Assembly: GCA_037447605.1 (NCBI GenBank)
Contig: CM074807.1
Coordinates: forward strand, 1,054,001 to 1,118,000
DNA: 64,000 nt
Source: Zygnema circumcarinatum SAG 698-1b
Lineage: Eukaryota > Plantae > Zygnematophyceae
Direction of reading: 5' to 3'
Shown: piece after piece, positions 1 through 13,892 of the stretch
How positions within the stretch are numbered: position 1 is the stretch's first letter
Layout of the letters: each line of letters opens with the position of its first letter
Program-made: the position numbers and the translations under genes
The notes under the pieces: model-generated
What the model was told of the DNA's origin: nothing
What the model saw: only the letters and a program-made list of their open reading frames with translations
Databases searched by the model: none

Positions 1-2471
1 CAACCGGAGGTCGTGCTCACTGCGAAGCAATATCTAAGCAGGTATCGACGTCCGCTCTTGTTTGAAATGTGTGGGAACTTAAGTGCTATATATTTCTAAA
101 AGCCATACTAGTGGAGTGTTTCTCTTAAACTCTCAGCATCGATAATATGTTTGACTACGTATCCTGCTCTTTGATGTCATACAACTTGGTTTAACTTCAT
201 AAGAAGAACTAGTTGCTTGGCTTTGGTTGATACTGACAGATATTAGTTCTGTATGTGGCAGTCGTGTGAATCCCTACACCGTCAAGAAGGGTGTGGAACA
301 CTATAAGCGTTGGAAAGATCTATTGAGTGAAGTTGAGAAGCAATATGGAGTGCCTGGTAGTGTCCTCGTGTCACTATGGGGTACAGAGAGCAGGTGAGTC
401 TTTTGTCACTGAAGTCCAACTCCATCTTAAGTCTGCAGCTCTGCTTTCAATAATAAATGGGCAGTTCTTTTTTTCTGCGTAGGAGATGTTAGGGGCGAGC
501 ATATTATCGAGTGGAGCAAACCTAAAGCAATGCGTGTATATGCAATAATGAATTCCAGCTCGATCTATGTCTTATCCTTCCACTCCTTTTGATTTATCTT
601 CACATGATTTGATGACTTTCTCCATGTACATTTGATGGCATCGCCATCGTGAGATCAATGCCACATCACTCTCTCTGTTCCCATGATAAGCATATGAGTC
701 AGTTCTCAGATAGCATATGAATATTGCATTGAGATGGTTGTCGGAATTGAGTAGAATCCGGTCCTACCTCGTCCCTTGCCTTGTGAGCTTAAGATTTCTC
801 CCAGTCCTATAAGCGACATTCTCCATTCTGGACCATTCTTTGTGCAGCCGTCCTTAGCTTAGAAAAGCAGCAGGTCCAAGCTGTGCCCTTGGCGCTGGTC
901 AGGTGTGGATGAAGCCGCGCTTTTGCGGGTGGAGCTGTGGCTTCACCAGCTATGGCAGGAATCAGGGCAGCTTTGACGCAATACAAGCACTCTTCACACT
1001 AGCACGGAACAGTGAGCAGGTGCATCCCTTTGAAGCATCTTTGCATTCACTTGAACTTTTTAGGACGACCTCTGGAGAGTCGGGAAGGTGCTTTAACCAT
1101 TGTCAAAGGTGCTCTGTAGCATAACGACCGATGGTTTTATCCTTTTTCATTTCCTTGGTATCCCTATATATGAATTCTCCGGTCTTCCAAAACATTTCAC
1201 ACTAGTTGAATAGTTGCTTCTAGGCTGAAGAACTGCATTTTCAACGGAAACGGCGATTACCCAATGATGACATTCGAAGCAGTCAGAAATCCTCTTACAT
1301 TTTGACTGGGAATTCGTTCTGCAGTCTCAGCGGGCAGCATACTTTCGTAAGGAGCTTATTGAAGCTTTGCGACTTATGGATGGTCCAAATATGGAGGTGC
1401 GTTTGCGGAGTTCATGGGCGGGTGCTCTCGGCCAATGCCAGTTTATGCCCTCCTCCTACAGAGCGTACTCCGTTGACTTTGACCGAGATGGGCTGGCAGG
1501 TAAACAGACGGCATTCTGGTCCAAGTCCAGAACGTCAATACATATTTTTTTAAGGAGAATTTGGGTGCGGGTGTCATGTAGAGAAGGCCGAAAAAGTTAC
1601 AATCTTGTTTGGGAAGAAAAGTGGAAATTGGAGTTCAAGAGCTGAATTGTTAAGGGGTGAACGTTGATCAATCGGCAGCTGCATTGCCTGCATCGCTACA
1701 TCTCATGTGACGTTTGTTTGAGGGTGCAGACATTTGGACATCGGAAGCAGATGCTTTTGCATCCATGGCCAATTACTTGGTGAAGAATGGGTGGCAGTAT
1801 GGAGCGCCCATAGGCCAAATGGTGATGCCCTTTTTTTCTTGTCCACCATCTTCTTGTATCAGAACCCTGCAACTCTTGTATAACTCTTCATGCTTTTATG
1901 TTCTCCTCCCCTGTGCTTACAGCAGATTGACAAAAACAGCTGCTAACTCCATTCGTAAGTTCTGAATGTTGTTGTGCAGGCAACCATTCCTGCACGCTTT
2001 GACCGCTCCAACTTAGGTCTTCGAGTGCAGAAGCAAGTTCAAGAATGGCAGAAACGATACCGAGTTGCAGCAGCTGAGACGGGGCAGACTGCATTACCTC
2101 CTGATGCTCTGGCAAGCGTTGTGAGTTTAACATACACCTTTTTCTTCCATTGCCTTTACTTAGGTGGAAACCTGATGGCTTGCAACGCATAGGAATTGAA
2201 CCTTTGTTCTCCAATTCCTCTAAAGCAGTGCAGTGCATTGAACCCACCCTTGAACAGTATCCTCTCCTTTGGCTGGTTTGGTTGAGAATGGCTCTGTTGG
2301 TTGGCCAATCAGGTGGCGCCAGATGGCGCAAATGGGCCCGCGTATTTGGCATGTGCGAACTTCCGGGCCATCTTGAAGTATAACCGTGCGCCCTTATATG
2401 GGATGAGTATAGCAAAGCTCGCAGAGGAAATCAATGCAGAGATTTTAAAGCAGTGTGCCTCCACCTCTTGA
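1..2471 (+). CDS. mltB: MltB/SltB-family (GH103) lytic murein transglycosylase, 5' part outside the window, 7 exons visible
   Basis: Exons 1-41, 262-393, 950-1019, 1325-1499, 1730-1821, 1980-2120 and 2313-2471 join in frame via GT-AG. Motifs seen: YGVP..LVSLWGTES (catalytic Glu), SWAGALGQCQFMPSSY, EF-hand DFDRDGLADIW, SMANYL..NGW, NFRAILKYN. Stop TGA at 2469-2471. Confidence 0.93.
601..668 (+). repeat. ~80-bp dispersed repeat, copy 1 (5' degenerate), in an mltB intron
   Basis: TCCATGTACATTTGATGGCATCGCCATCGTGAGATCAATGCCACATC is shared with the copies at 7768, 15256, 50279, 57021 and 60343. Confidence 0.9.
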
Positions 2472-3324
2472 TCGCAATTGGAGCACGTGCTTGCTGGCTT
2501 TTCTTATAGGGCAAGGAGGGGGGGGAGTTAGGAAAGTCATGGGGAACAAATTTTCTGCTCTTGTTGGGCAAATTTGACTGGTATGAAAAAGAATGCTAAA
2601 AGAATGTTATTGTATGTAGCTTCACTACTGTTACAGAGACTGTCTTTGCTTGCAAGGTGGGATACTGATTCTAAGTCCCTATGTGTGTTTACCGATCAAG
2701 CATATATGGCTCTCACCTGCATGAACGGGAGACCAATTGAAGATGGATATAATGTATTAGCTTCTTAAGATTGGAATCTGGATTCGCAATTTCAAAAATA
2801 GACCTGAGTATGTCATTACCTGTGGGATGAAGTGCCAAGTCTGACTCCAAACGTTCATGCTTCATCAAGAAAGGGCCTGTCCAAGTTTGCATCTTTATAT
2901 ACCTAACTATTGCTCCTCTCAAGTCTCAACATATAGGATCTCGGATTTCAAACAAATGTCTATGTCTAATAACTTAGTCAAGGAAAACACTACTTGTAAG
3001 ATTCTCAGCCATGATGCTTCAGGAAACTTTAATACAGCGAGGTGAAGCCAGAAATCAACCTTTCAATGCACCGCATGCAGAGCCATGCAAGCTTGTACGG
3101 CCGACTTTCCAGCAGAGCGCGCACAGTAAGCTGTAGCTGTCATTATCACTACAATACGGCGACGACCATTGACCGGGTTGTTGTTGTTGTTGTATGAATT
3201 TCAACATGAAAAAAATAGTTTGCAGCCGCTCGCAAAGGAGACGATGGAGGACGATCGTCCCCTCGTTCTTGTCAGCGTCGGACACGCCCCTAAGGATTCA
3301 CCCGTGTCGATCTTCTCAACATTG

Positions 3325-3460
3325 CTGACGTATTTTGTACTTTACTGACGTATTTCTGTACTTCATTGGCGTACGTTAATGACGCATGTTGCACTTTGAT
3401 GACGTAGTTCGCACTTTAATGACGTGCTTTGCTGACGTAAGTTGCGCTTTGATGACGTTT
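3325..3460 (+). promoter_or_regulatory. Degenerate ~20-bp tandem array carrying 7 TGACG motifs (as-1/CRE-like) upstream of the F-box gene
   Basis: Units such as TGACGTAGTTCGCACTTTAA and TGACGTAAGTTGCGCTTTGA are seen directly. A regulatory role is inferred. Confidence 0.55.
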
Positions 3461-3944
3461 CCTTCCCAGTTCCTCGGCACCGACTGTTGAGATTCGTACA
3501 ATCAGACATAGAGTCGTACGAAACATTTGTACAGTAGAGTACAGTACTGAGGCAGTGTACGAAACTGTACGGAAAAGTTACACGTGTCGAGTGTTTGGCA
3601 AGTACTGTAGTGTGAATCCCAAGACCCTTTTTTGATCGAAATATTCGTGTTGTTCATCATGTTCTGCTTTTGGCGGCGAGGTTTAACGAAAAACATGTAT
3701 AAGAATACTGTTTTCTCTGTCTTAGTCAACCGGAGCTTTGAGGGTGAGGGTACTGCCCTTCGCAAGTGCAAGGGCCGCCGCGGTCTTCCCCGCGCTGGTG
3801 GGACGGTGAGGCCTGGAGGAGCTGCGGGACTCTTGGTGGCCCGTCGCGTTCAAGGACGGGGACGAGGTAGCGATCATTCCGCCCATAAGCGGAGGCTGAG
3901 AAGGTTTGCATTTTTTGGTTGGTTGCAAGGAGGAGGAGGAGGGG

Positions 3945-5159
3945 ATGTTGCCTGCGGATGTTCTCGCTCACATCTTTACAGCGGTTGGAGCGAAGGGGTT
4001 GGCTATGGCAAGTTGCGTTTGCAGACTATGGTGAGTGAAATAGTGAAAACTGCAGCTACGTTGATGCTTTGAGTGCGGTTTTATTGTGCTATTCTTTAAT
4101 TTTCTATGTTAAGGTCTTGAAATGCCTCGCAAGAGCTGGTGATTTCTGACGCTTATAAGGTGCTCGCAATGCATAAGACATTCGCGACTTATGGACTTAG
4201 TAATGCGACAAGCACCCTCAATCTTGTCGATGTTTGTGTTGTGTTTAGTCGCGAGAGGGTTACGCAATCTGTTGAGTAAAGCTGTGGCTTACAGCAAAAG
4301 CTTCGCAAAAAACGTTCTGGTTTGTCCAAGATTGCGCAGTTTAAAATGGACCCTCTCGAACTCTTTTCTCTTACCCCTGATTTTAACCCTAACCCTGATT
4401 CCTGTCAGTGCAGGAGGGAGGTTGCTTCAGCAGACCAGTTTTGGCGGCAAGCGTACGTTACTGAATTCGGGTTTACTTATCCGCACTCAGTTGTGGAAGT
4501 TACCAACGATGGGCTCTCACCCTTCAACATTAAATCTGAAGGTTCTGGAAGAGTTCCAATCACTCCCAATTTGCCGACTGGAATCTGCAGCTGGCGCCAT
4601 CGCTTTATCAAAGCATGTGATTCTCGGCACAGGCCATATTTGTGCTTTGCGGGCCGAATGAATTACGCTATGGAACAGATAGCAGCATGGCGCATTTTAG
4701 TCAGGGCGATAGGTGGAGGGACGCGTGGAGTTCTGGGAAAGGAGGACACGTGGCAGGCTTTCCCTGCACGCTCTATCACCAAAGCGGTTCAGAGCACTTG
4801 CCTCACTTTCTATCTCCCGGGTGAAGTGATGATGCAATATGAAGGGCTTGGACCCCTTTATGACATCATCGTGCAGGCGAAGACAGCGAGTCATTCTAGG
4901 GGCGGAGTTTTGGGAAATTGGAGTACTTTGGACCTTGAGCTTTATCGCCTAGTTGAAGATGAGGAGATTTATGCCGATGACTGGTTTTCGGTGATGAGAG
5001 TTTCTGGATACCAGCTTATTAACTACGATGATTTCTCGGATCTAGGAATGATCTACCAGGAATATGTTACAGGTTTATCTGCAAGCAGAGTCCCGTCAGG
5101 TATATTTCATAAAAAAAAACTTTTTTTTTTCTTTTTTTATTTATTTTATTCTTTTTAGG

Positions 5160-5207
<48 letters not shown>

Positions 5208-5223
5208 CATAGGCTTTGAGTGA
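3945..5223 (+). CDS. F-box protein with an unrecognised C-terminal domain
   Basis: Exon 3945-4030 (MLPADVLAHIFTAVGAKGLAMASCVCRLW) splices to 4414-5099 (REVASADQFWRQAY...), giving a complete F-box. The likely last micro-exon is 5213-5223 (GFE*). The 3' structure is uncertain. Confidence 0.75.
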
Positions 5224-5298
5224 AATTTGAATGGCCTTTCTGAGAACCATGCAATGGACGATTGTACTGCTTTGGATTGAGCTTGTCTATAGTCACTT

Positions 5299-6756
5299 AT
5301 GCATCCAATCACATTCTTTTTTCATTTCCTTGTCTTCAAGCCTCAATGTCAACTTTTGGATTGCTTGGATGCAGAAAACTTGAACTCAACAGCAAATTTG
5401 CAGCATCCTGCGTTTAACGTCACCGCATACCTGCATGCACAGCAGCTTTTTCCTGCCCTCCCATTCCCACCTGTTCAATCGCTTACACCTTGTGGTCACC
5501 TGGCCTTGGAGGCAGGAACTTCATCCAAGCTCTCAGAAGGAACTAGTGAATTTGGGACTGAGACAGATGATTTGCAGGCAACAGAGACATTGGCGGAGGT
5601 ATCGTCGCTAGCATCATCGTCAGCTGCTGCAACATGTCTCACTAACTCTATTTCTCATGGAGAGTGTGGCTACCTTTCGAGAGCAGGAGTGGAGGGACTG
5701 CCAGCTTATGTGTATGTGGACTTCACTGCTGGTGAGGATCAGGAGATCTCCAGCATGATCGAGTGAGAGTATTAGAGTACAAACCGTAGCATCTTTGCTG
5801 TTCCTATGAGCATAGAAACCTTGGAAACCTAAAACTGTGATTTAAATCCAGATATCACAATCTGCATGCAGGCGGTTCAGTGATTGGCAGTTGCTGTGCT
5901 GCATTATGGCCACGTCTTGCCGGTTCCACCGCTTCGTTTGTAGGCAAGTAGAGCCACTCCTTTTATGTCAAGCTTTTGTGAAAGGCAGAGGAGGATATGG
6001 TCGCTAAGGGCAACTTTCATATAAATGGAAGCTGGGGCGTAGAATTCACATTCGCTGTTGCAATGGCTTCATGCTTCACCCTCTTTTCCTTCCCGCACAT
6101 GCTCTACCCTTACAACCTGTACCAACCTCGCATTATCTCAACTGTTTCTATGCTCAGATGACAGAGCCAAATGTCACTGGGACGGCCCTGTGGAAGGCAT
6201 TACCACGGGCATGACGCTGGCTGAGCTGGCAGAGAGGGGACATGTTGCAGACATCACTCTCTTTACAAGGCAAGGGCACTCTTTAGACCTGCTTTTTCCT
6301 CGTGTGTGATAGATCACAGGGTGGTAATGTCTCTCTCTCTGCCTAACTCCCTCTCTCCTGCAGGGTAGGGTTACTTGGTTGACACTCCAACTTGCTGATA
6401 TCACCAGCCAGAGTCACTAAAGCAGTATGAAACCTTCTGTTTGCCTGCTACAATGTCGCAGTCACGGACAGCTAGTGCTCGGTAGAGCAGGAACGCCACT
6501 GCAGGAAGCAAACGGCGGGGAGGCGGGGCCATTTACGCAGCTAATCCTCTTTCCAGACGGCTCCAGCGACGGCATAATTTCAAATTCCGTCTCGCTATGG
6601 TCATCACGTCATCCCCGCAAGTCTGCGAGTGATTTGGAGGCACTCGAGTCGACAAGTGGTCGACTGGATTCTGCTCGGAAGTTTGTTGTAGCGGAAATGG
6701 GAGGGACCATCGGCCTCCACCTGACACAGGATGCCAGGCGCCTTTTGCTTCTCTAA
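5299..6756 (+). pseudogene. Exon-like coding remnants downstream of the F-box gene (possible disrupted C-terminal extension)
   Basis: Open segments at about 5341-5762, 5872-5944, 6158-6269 and 6364-6756 are bounded by splice-like signals. There is an in-frame TAA at 6418-6420, and phases do not join cleanly. Confidence 0.3.
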
Positions 6757-7767
6757 TCAGTGGTTGCAAGTGAAGATGCTTTTTCTGGTTGTGTGACTCT
6801 GAATGCGAGGCTATACATCTGAAAACTGGCTGGAAGTGAGCGATTACACGATGTTGTAGGGTTCAGGTTTTAGGGTTCAGGTTGTTAGGAGAGAGGGAGG
6901 GAGAGGGTAAGGGGGATATGGAAGGGTGGGGAGAAGAAGATAGGAGAGAGAGGCAGGGAGGAAAGCTGCACAAATGTAAATAACGACCTAAAAGAATGAA
7001 AGTTTTTGAACAGAACGCTCCTTGTAGACCTAACAACGCGGCTCTAAAAGCAGGGAGAGTGGGAGAGGGAGAGGGAGAAGGAGACTAACTATGAGGAAAG
7101 CATAGGGAGAACCACTTTTCCCTGACCCAATGGGACTATGTTTCAATCGTAGTGATCAGGCAGGAGCAACATCAAGTAGAAATGATGTGAAACTCACTCC
7201 CAAAGTAACTGACTATGTACCTTCGGTGGCGTCGCCATCCGTGAGATCAAGGTCAATCCACAACCCTTTGTTTTAAAGGGACCAACTGCCAACAAGCAGC
7301 CCGAAACTTCTTCCATGTCTGACCCCTCGTTTTGTTCGAAAAGTCTATAACTCAGTCAGGAAAGAATTCATCGACTAATGTATTCGTCTCGACATTCAGG
7401 TGCTGTTAACGTGAGAAAATATGGGCCCTTGGTGTCCTGTTCTAGACCAGACCCTCAAGTTATTTGAAGCATGAAGTGCGGAGTAAGAAAACCCTAGTTC
7501 ATTGTGGGTTAAGGGACGCCGCTGACCTTGTTTATTCGGACTTCGTCAACAGAAAAATAATAAACAAGTCGATGTATAGAAAAGAACGAGTTGAAGAGGC
7601 CGAAACGCTTCAATGCAGCCAACAGAAGCTGTCAAGGGGTACAATTTGTTGTTCATCGGCAACACATCAGCAGTTTAGATATCGAAATAAAAACGATAAA
7701 TGTGATTAATCATATTTATCATTAAATCATAATGATAATATAATGATTAATGGCTTCCAGTTTCCTG

Positions 7768-7845
7768 AGTTCCTCGTGGTTCCCCATGCTGCTGATTTTG
7801 TCCATGTACATGTGATGGCATCATCGCCATTGTGAGATCAATGCC
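7768..7845 (+). repeat. ~80-bp dispersed repeat, copy 2
   Basis: AGTTCCTCGTGGTTCCCCATGCTGCTGATTTTGTCCATGTACATGTGATGGCATCATCGCCATTGTGAGATCAATGCC. Confidence 0.9.
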
Positions 7846-8764
7846 CCCTCCATTTCGTTCTTCTTTCTTCCTTGGAAGTTCATCAGCGCGACATCGCCTC
7901 CGTCGTTGGCTCAGAGGTCCAGGGCGCAGCGACCCCCGCTGGCCTTCACTGGCGGCTGGCTCCGTGAACTGCAGCTTGTGTCCCTCTATCGTAATGAGGA
8001 TGCGGACCTTCATCACAACGTATTGAAAGTGGTTTTCCTTCTTTATTGAAAGTGGCTCAAACCGAAGCTTGCAACTACGTGCGTCTGCTGCTGAAGACGC
8101 TCACCGGAAGTTGGTAATGACAAGCACATTGCTTTTCTGCTGAAATTGAATCATGCCGACGACTGGATTTGGAAGATTTTCGTATCCACCAAAAATCGTT
8201 ATAGGAAAGTAGCATAACTACGCACTTTCACAACCATGTTAGCAAATGTGGCGTTCAAGCCATTCTCATGAGGCTTCGTCCTGTGAGTCCACAGCACTTC
8301 GGCTTTTTTTCGGAACCGCAACAATAACCAGCTTTTCAGTTCTTCTTTCTTTGAAGCTGGCAGACGATACGTGGATGCAGAGCGAGCGAAACGGCAAAAC
8401 AGCGAGCAGTTACACTTCTTGAGCGCAGAGGAGCTTTCATTCATAAACAAGAACATCATCGCGAGGGAACAGACGGCATGAGACCGTTCACTTGGAAGGA
8501 GTAAGTTTTGAAATGAGCCTTTGGCGCAATCACTTTACTCAATCCGGAAGGCTTCAGAGCAGATTGACCTCTGCAATGTCTTTGCCTTCAATACAAGCTT
8601 TTGGACTTCAGGGACAGGAATGTACAAGAGTTCCATATAGAGAAAGAGCCAGAGAACTGGAAAAGAGAAAAAGAAAAGGAGAGAGAGAGAAAGAGATAGA
8701 GAGAGAGAAAGAGGGAGAGCATAAAAAGAGAGTGAGATCGGGGCGAAGTGTTCTCGACTCATCT

Positions 8765-11700
8765 CTATGATGAGCTAGAGTCCGACAGCATATCCCCCCA
8801 CCGCACATTGTACTTAGCAGCCAAATAGTGTGATCCAATAGGCCCCCTGCTGCCATAGGGGTAAAGCTCAGGGGCTATTTTTTTCTCCTCCAGCTCCTTC
8901 AACAGAGGAGTGAAGATCTTCCATGCAGCATCCAGCTCATCGCTGCGGATGAACAGACGCTTGTCTCCATCAACGGCATCGAGGAGCAGCCTCTCATAAG
9001 CATCAGGGAGCTCCTTCTTGTACCTGCAAGGAGAGAATATGATGATTCAACATTTCGCCACTCTACGCATGGCTTACCGTAGCTGTTCACTCTTTGTGCG
9101 TCCATAGTTTCAAATGTTTTAGGGTTTACGAGGTCAGCATGAATCAATCAGAGTATAGCTGATTCTTCAGTTTTGACTGACTGAACATAACAATCCTGTG
9201 GGAAAAGCTGCCTCAGAGAAAATCAGTGTAGAGAGCTCACTTATCAAAATATTGTAGGTGAAGATTGCTGCGATCAAGACGCATCCCGAGTCCCGGAACC
9301 TTGTTATTGATCTTTAAATAGATGGCTTCATCAGGTTGAAGCCGAATGACGAGCTCGTTAGTTGCTTGGTCCAAATCAGTACCAAATCGGCTCCTGTAAA
9401 GGTTGCCAGGGACGTGGCGGAACTGTACCCTGATCTCAGCCCTGCAATCCTTCCCCGAAACGACTGAGAACTGAGAAGTGAAATTTTGTAAAGACAGGAA
9501 ACTACCAATTCTTCTCAATCCTACAGAAAGGATTGGCAGATATGCATCCTTAATGCAAACTCCCATTGGTTCAGCAATTGAGAGAAGCGCAGTACCTCAG
9601 AGAGTCCCTGACAATCCAACAACAAAGGGCTTCTAGATATGCCACTACCCTAGTATCAGTGTATTTCATAGGTATTGTACCTTTTTGTGTGCAAGGCTTT
9701 GCCAGCCTTCATAAGGAAGGGCACTCCGTCCCAGCGAGCATTGTCAATGTGAAGGGCAGCAGCTGCAAAAGTTGGAGTCAAACTGTTCTTCGGAACTGTA
9801 GGGTCATCAATATAAGCTGGATAACTGCAGCCTCCCTTGGTGGTGTGAGATTTATATTGCCCGATGACCACATCTTCCAACTTCAACACCTTCAAGCTTC
9901 GAAGAACCTTCACCTGCGTGTCCAACAGCAGTAAAGATCATCATTTAAACATCCCTGTTGAAATGGCGGGTTTTTCATATCAAACACATGGAGACAGATT
10001 CTTTAACAGTAACACATCAACCATCTGAACTGATCGGAGATGTTCCTGTTTGTGGAATGGCATACCTTTTCATTAATGATATCTTCGGCAGCTAAGCTGA
10101 CAGGGGGCTCCATGGCAAATAGAGCCATGATTTGCAACAGGTGGTTCTGCATGATGTCGCGGATTATTCCATAATTATCAAAATACCTGAACACATCCAC
10201 AGGCAAATAGGCCGTTTACTTGCTCGCACGGATTGCCAGGACGAATCAAGAAAGTTGAAACAACTTGCACAAGCAGCAAGTAATGTTTTTTTTGCAGATC
10301 AATGCTTACCCTCCACGACCTTCCGTGCCAAAATCTTCAGAAAATATTATTTGCACATTGCGAATGTACTGCCGGCTCCAAAGTGGCTCAAAGACAAGAT
10401 TGGAAAAGCGCAACACGGACAGGTTTTCCACCAATTCCTTGCCCAAATAGTGGTCAATGCTGCAAACCCACAACATATGTGAGATCTCTCGTCAGTTAAG
10501 TGTTCCACTTGTAATGAATGGTTACACAGGTGTAGCATCAAATTGGTTACCAAGGCCAATTCTAAGAATACAGGCGGACGGCTATAAGGAACCTTGACAA
10601 TGGACAAGAAAGCCGTGGAATACCAAAAAGTCTTTCTATGTTAAACACAAAGATTTGAAGTGTGCGCTTTGTTGCATTCAACGATTGCCAACATTCACAG
10701 GTTATCTCCTATGTTGCTCTTGATTTACCACTGCCCATTCGTCCCTTCATAAACCTACTTATGCTCCAATACTGCCCACTTGTGCGAGTGAAACAGGACA
10801 AACGCAAAACTTTCCCGCTAAAGCCACCCTTAACCCTTCATGCACCGGCAGTGCAGAAGACAATGGACTCACCGATAAATCTGTTCTTCTGAGAGATACT
10901 TTGAAAGTCCTTCAGTGAGCGCAGCGGAGGATTCAGTGTCGCGGCCAAATGGCTTCTCCACAATGACGCGAGTGAAGCCGTGAGCAGCGGAAGCTGCCAC
11001 GCTCACCGATTTTGCGACGTCAACAAACACATTTGGAGGAATCGAAAGGTAGAAAAGTCGACTAGCAACTCGCCCAGCCTGCATTCAAGGCACAAGACTA
11101 AGCACTGTATTGACGACAGTTTCGAGAAATACTGCCCTCCATGGTCTGGTGTTTCAGATTAGAAATGCAGGAGTACAAGTTAAACAGTTACAAGGAGAGT
11201 CTGAGAGTCTAGTACACTTATCCATCTCAAACGTTGATAATATTGACAGTAATTGACAGTGAACAATTGACAATAATTCCCAACTCCCTCCTTGAGTCTA
11301 CCATAAAAAAACAGTTCACCAATTTCTAGATGAAGTGTTTCTTCCCGTCTCAAAGTCTTGCCAGTAGAAGAATCAACACTATCCAAATGCCCTCAAATCG
11401 TCAAAGGCCTACACTTATGGATACAACGGCGTCGGATAATTTGCTTAAGTCAGAATTGGAAAAGATGAAGGGTGCACCTCTTGTTCCTTGAGCTTCTTAT
11501 CAAGGTCTGAAAAGGACTCAACCGAGTTGTATAAACCAGAGTGGTAAAAGCAGCGTTCCAAGAATGTTTCCATCTTGTTACCGCAATTCTCCCTGTGAAT
11601 GCTCAAGTAAAAAACGCTTCCTTAGTGCTCTCCCTGGAGAAACCGAACCTTCAAAGTGCAGGGCAACTGATGCGAAAGAGGTGGCAAATTGGCGCATCGT

Positions 11701-13585
11701 TGTGACTAAAAGAAATATTCCCCAGCTAAAAACAGTTGAAACTAAGTCAACGCAAGAACTAAGTGACCTGCTCCAGCACTCCCAGTGCATGACTCTGCTT
11801 TCGTGAACAAGTAAAACCCACATTTCTACACAAAAACTTCCCAGAAACTCGCTGAAGAATACTAAATGGAACACTATTTTTTTCAACGCACAAGAGGCAC
11901 ATGATATTGCAAAGAAACTGTGAGGGTTACCTTTGGTCAATCCTGCATGTTAAGGTCTGGCTGATGAGAGTCCGAAGGTCTTCGGTTGACATCTTGCTCC
12001 GTGCGTAACCAAAAATGGTGAAGTGCTGTATGGCGAGAAAGGAAAGAAGGGAGTCGTATAAAAGAACCTCAGACTCAACCATTGTACTTTACTTTAACAT
12101 ATCTGACTGAAACAGCATCGACATCTCCATACAAATCTTATGTTATACACTAACGTCATAGTTTATCGTGCTAGAAAACAGCTGATCCTTCTGTCAGCAA
12201 AACATATATTTTTCTACTTCCACACAGTTAACAGCAGAACTCCAAGAGGCCTCAAGTGCTCAAGGTTTTTTAGAGAGAAAAAAGATATAATAAAAAACGG
12301 AATAAAGGCAAAGAAACAGAAGCTGAATACTCCAACTCCAAGAAAAAAAAGAGCCACAACATATCAACATGATGATAGCACATATGTGTGCTATCATGTG
12401 CTATGTCATATATGTGGGTTAACATGAATCATTCCACGCGAAACTGAGGAATTTGAAAAACCAGGCAATGCAGCTGGGCGAAAGTTATCCTTCAGGTCTT
12501 CTTTGCAGGACTCACCTTGGGAAGGCAGCCCTCATAATATAAAGCAAAGAGTGCAGGGAAAATCTTTTTCTTGGCAAGGTCTCCAGAGGCTCCCACCACC
12601 GTTATGCTGACGGTGGTGGGCGGCTCAAGATCGCTGCTCCGCACGAGCTCATTAAACTGCTCATTTGCTTCCAACTGCTTGCTGACGTCCGCCACGACCT
12701 TAGGAGAGCCCTTGGCCTTTGGCTGCTTGTCTGCATACGAAACACGTCATCAAGTGACTGCTCAGCATAAGCGAAGACACAGATCAGAGTTCAGAAATCG
12801 TCCAAGTCTCAAGGAGTTGAGCAAATAATTGGAACTTGAACCAACTCTTGTCCTATCATGAAAAACGTGACACTGGGAGGCCTTAAATACTGTTCCAAAG
12901 GACCAGTCAGCTCGCTCGAAGGACTTGGCAGCAGGAAGAGAACGACGACCTGAAGAGAGGGGGACTGCCGACCTCAAAGCCACCAAAGAGCAGACCTCCA
13001 ACAGCCATGTCACATCCATACGGAGACGTTTTAACAGCGAAATGGCAGGAAAGAAAGAAAAGATACCAGCACCACCTGGCCGGGGCATCCAAAAACCCCT
13101 TTAAGGAACAGCATTGTTCTTTCCGGTCATGAACTCATTCACAACATCGGTTCGAAATACTTCAACAAAAAGTGAGTCCAAAAACCGTGGAAGGCCACAG
13201 CATTCCCCGCAAAAAAGCTTCCAGCTGTTCAAGCCTTCTGCTTCAGAACAATCTTCGATAGTATTTAGCGGGGACTCGTGCTAATGTATTCGTCTATTTT
13301 TCTATTTTTCGACTTACCATCAGTTACAGTGGCAGATTCTGTCACTGAAGCAGCCTTGACAGCAGTGGACTTGGTATTCCCATTCATATTTGCCCTCACG
13401 CGCTTGGAAACCTTCTGAGAGGGCAAGATCTTGCCACTCTCAGAAACAGACTTCGACTTTCTGCATGGAAGCCCCACATACTGCTGCTGCACTGGAGCCA
13501 CCACAGCCTGCGCTGCGCCATGCTCCACCTCATGGAGCTGTAACCTCAAGCCTGACGCTCCAGGCTGAACAAAAACCAACGCCAT
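8765..13585 (-). CDS. G6PD: Glucose-6-phosphate 1-dehydrogenase, plastidic isoform (multi-exon)
   Basis: Motifs: [81 protein letters not shown]. It carries the redox cysteine pair [11 protein letters not shown] typical of plastid G6PD and a transit-like N-terminus starting MALVFVQ at 13585. Stop at 8765-8767. Confidence 0.96.
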
Positions 13586-13657
13586 CTCTCTCCCTCTCTC
13601 GCCTCTCCTCCACTCCCTCTCCCTCTCTCCCCCTCTCTCCCACTCTCTCCTTTTCTG

Positions 13658-13694
<37 letters not shown>

Positions 13695-13892
13695 CCACAC
13701 GAGCAGCTAGACGTTAAGAGTGCAGCGGGGGGCACGGGCCGGGGCTGTCGGAGGCGCCTCGTGGGCGCGTGAGGGGGGGCGGCGGCGTCTCTTGGCGCGG
13801 GGGGCGGCCAATGCCGCGACCGCGCCCCAAAATATCTCCCAAAAGCAGTGTGAACACGCGCCGCCTCGATCCGGATCGCTCGCTTTTCACTT

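Noticed and set aside
1-2471. Bacterial contamination explaining mltB
   Set aside because: Six canonical spliceosomal introns keep the frame, and one contains a host dispersed repeat.
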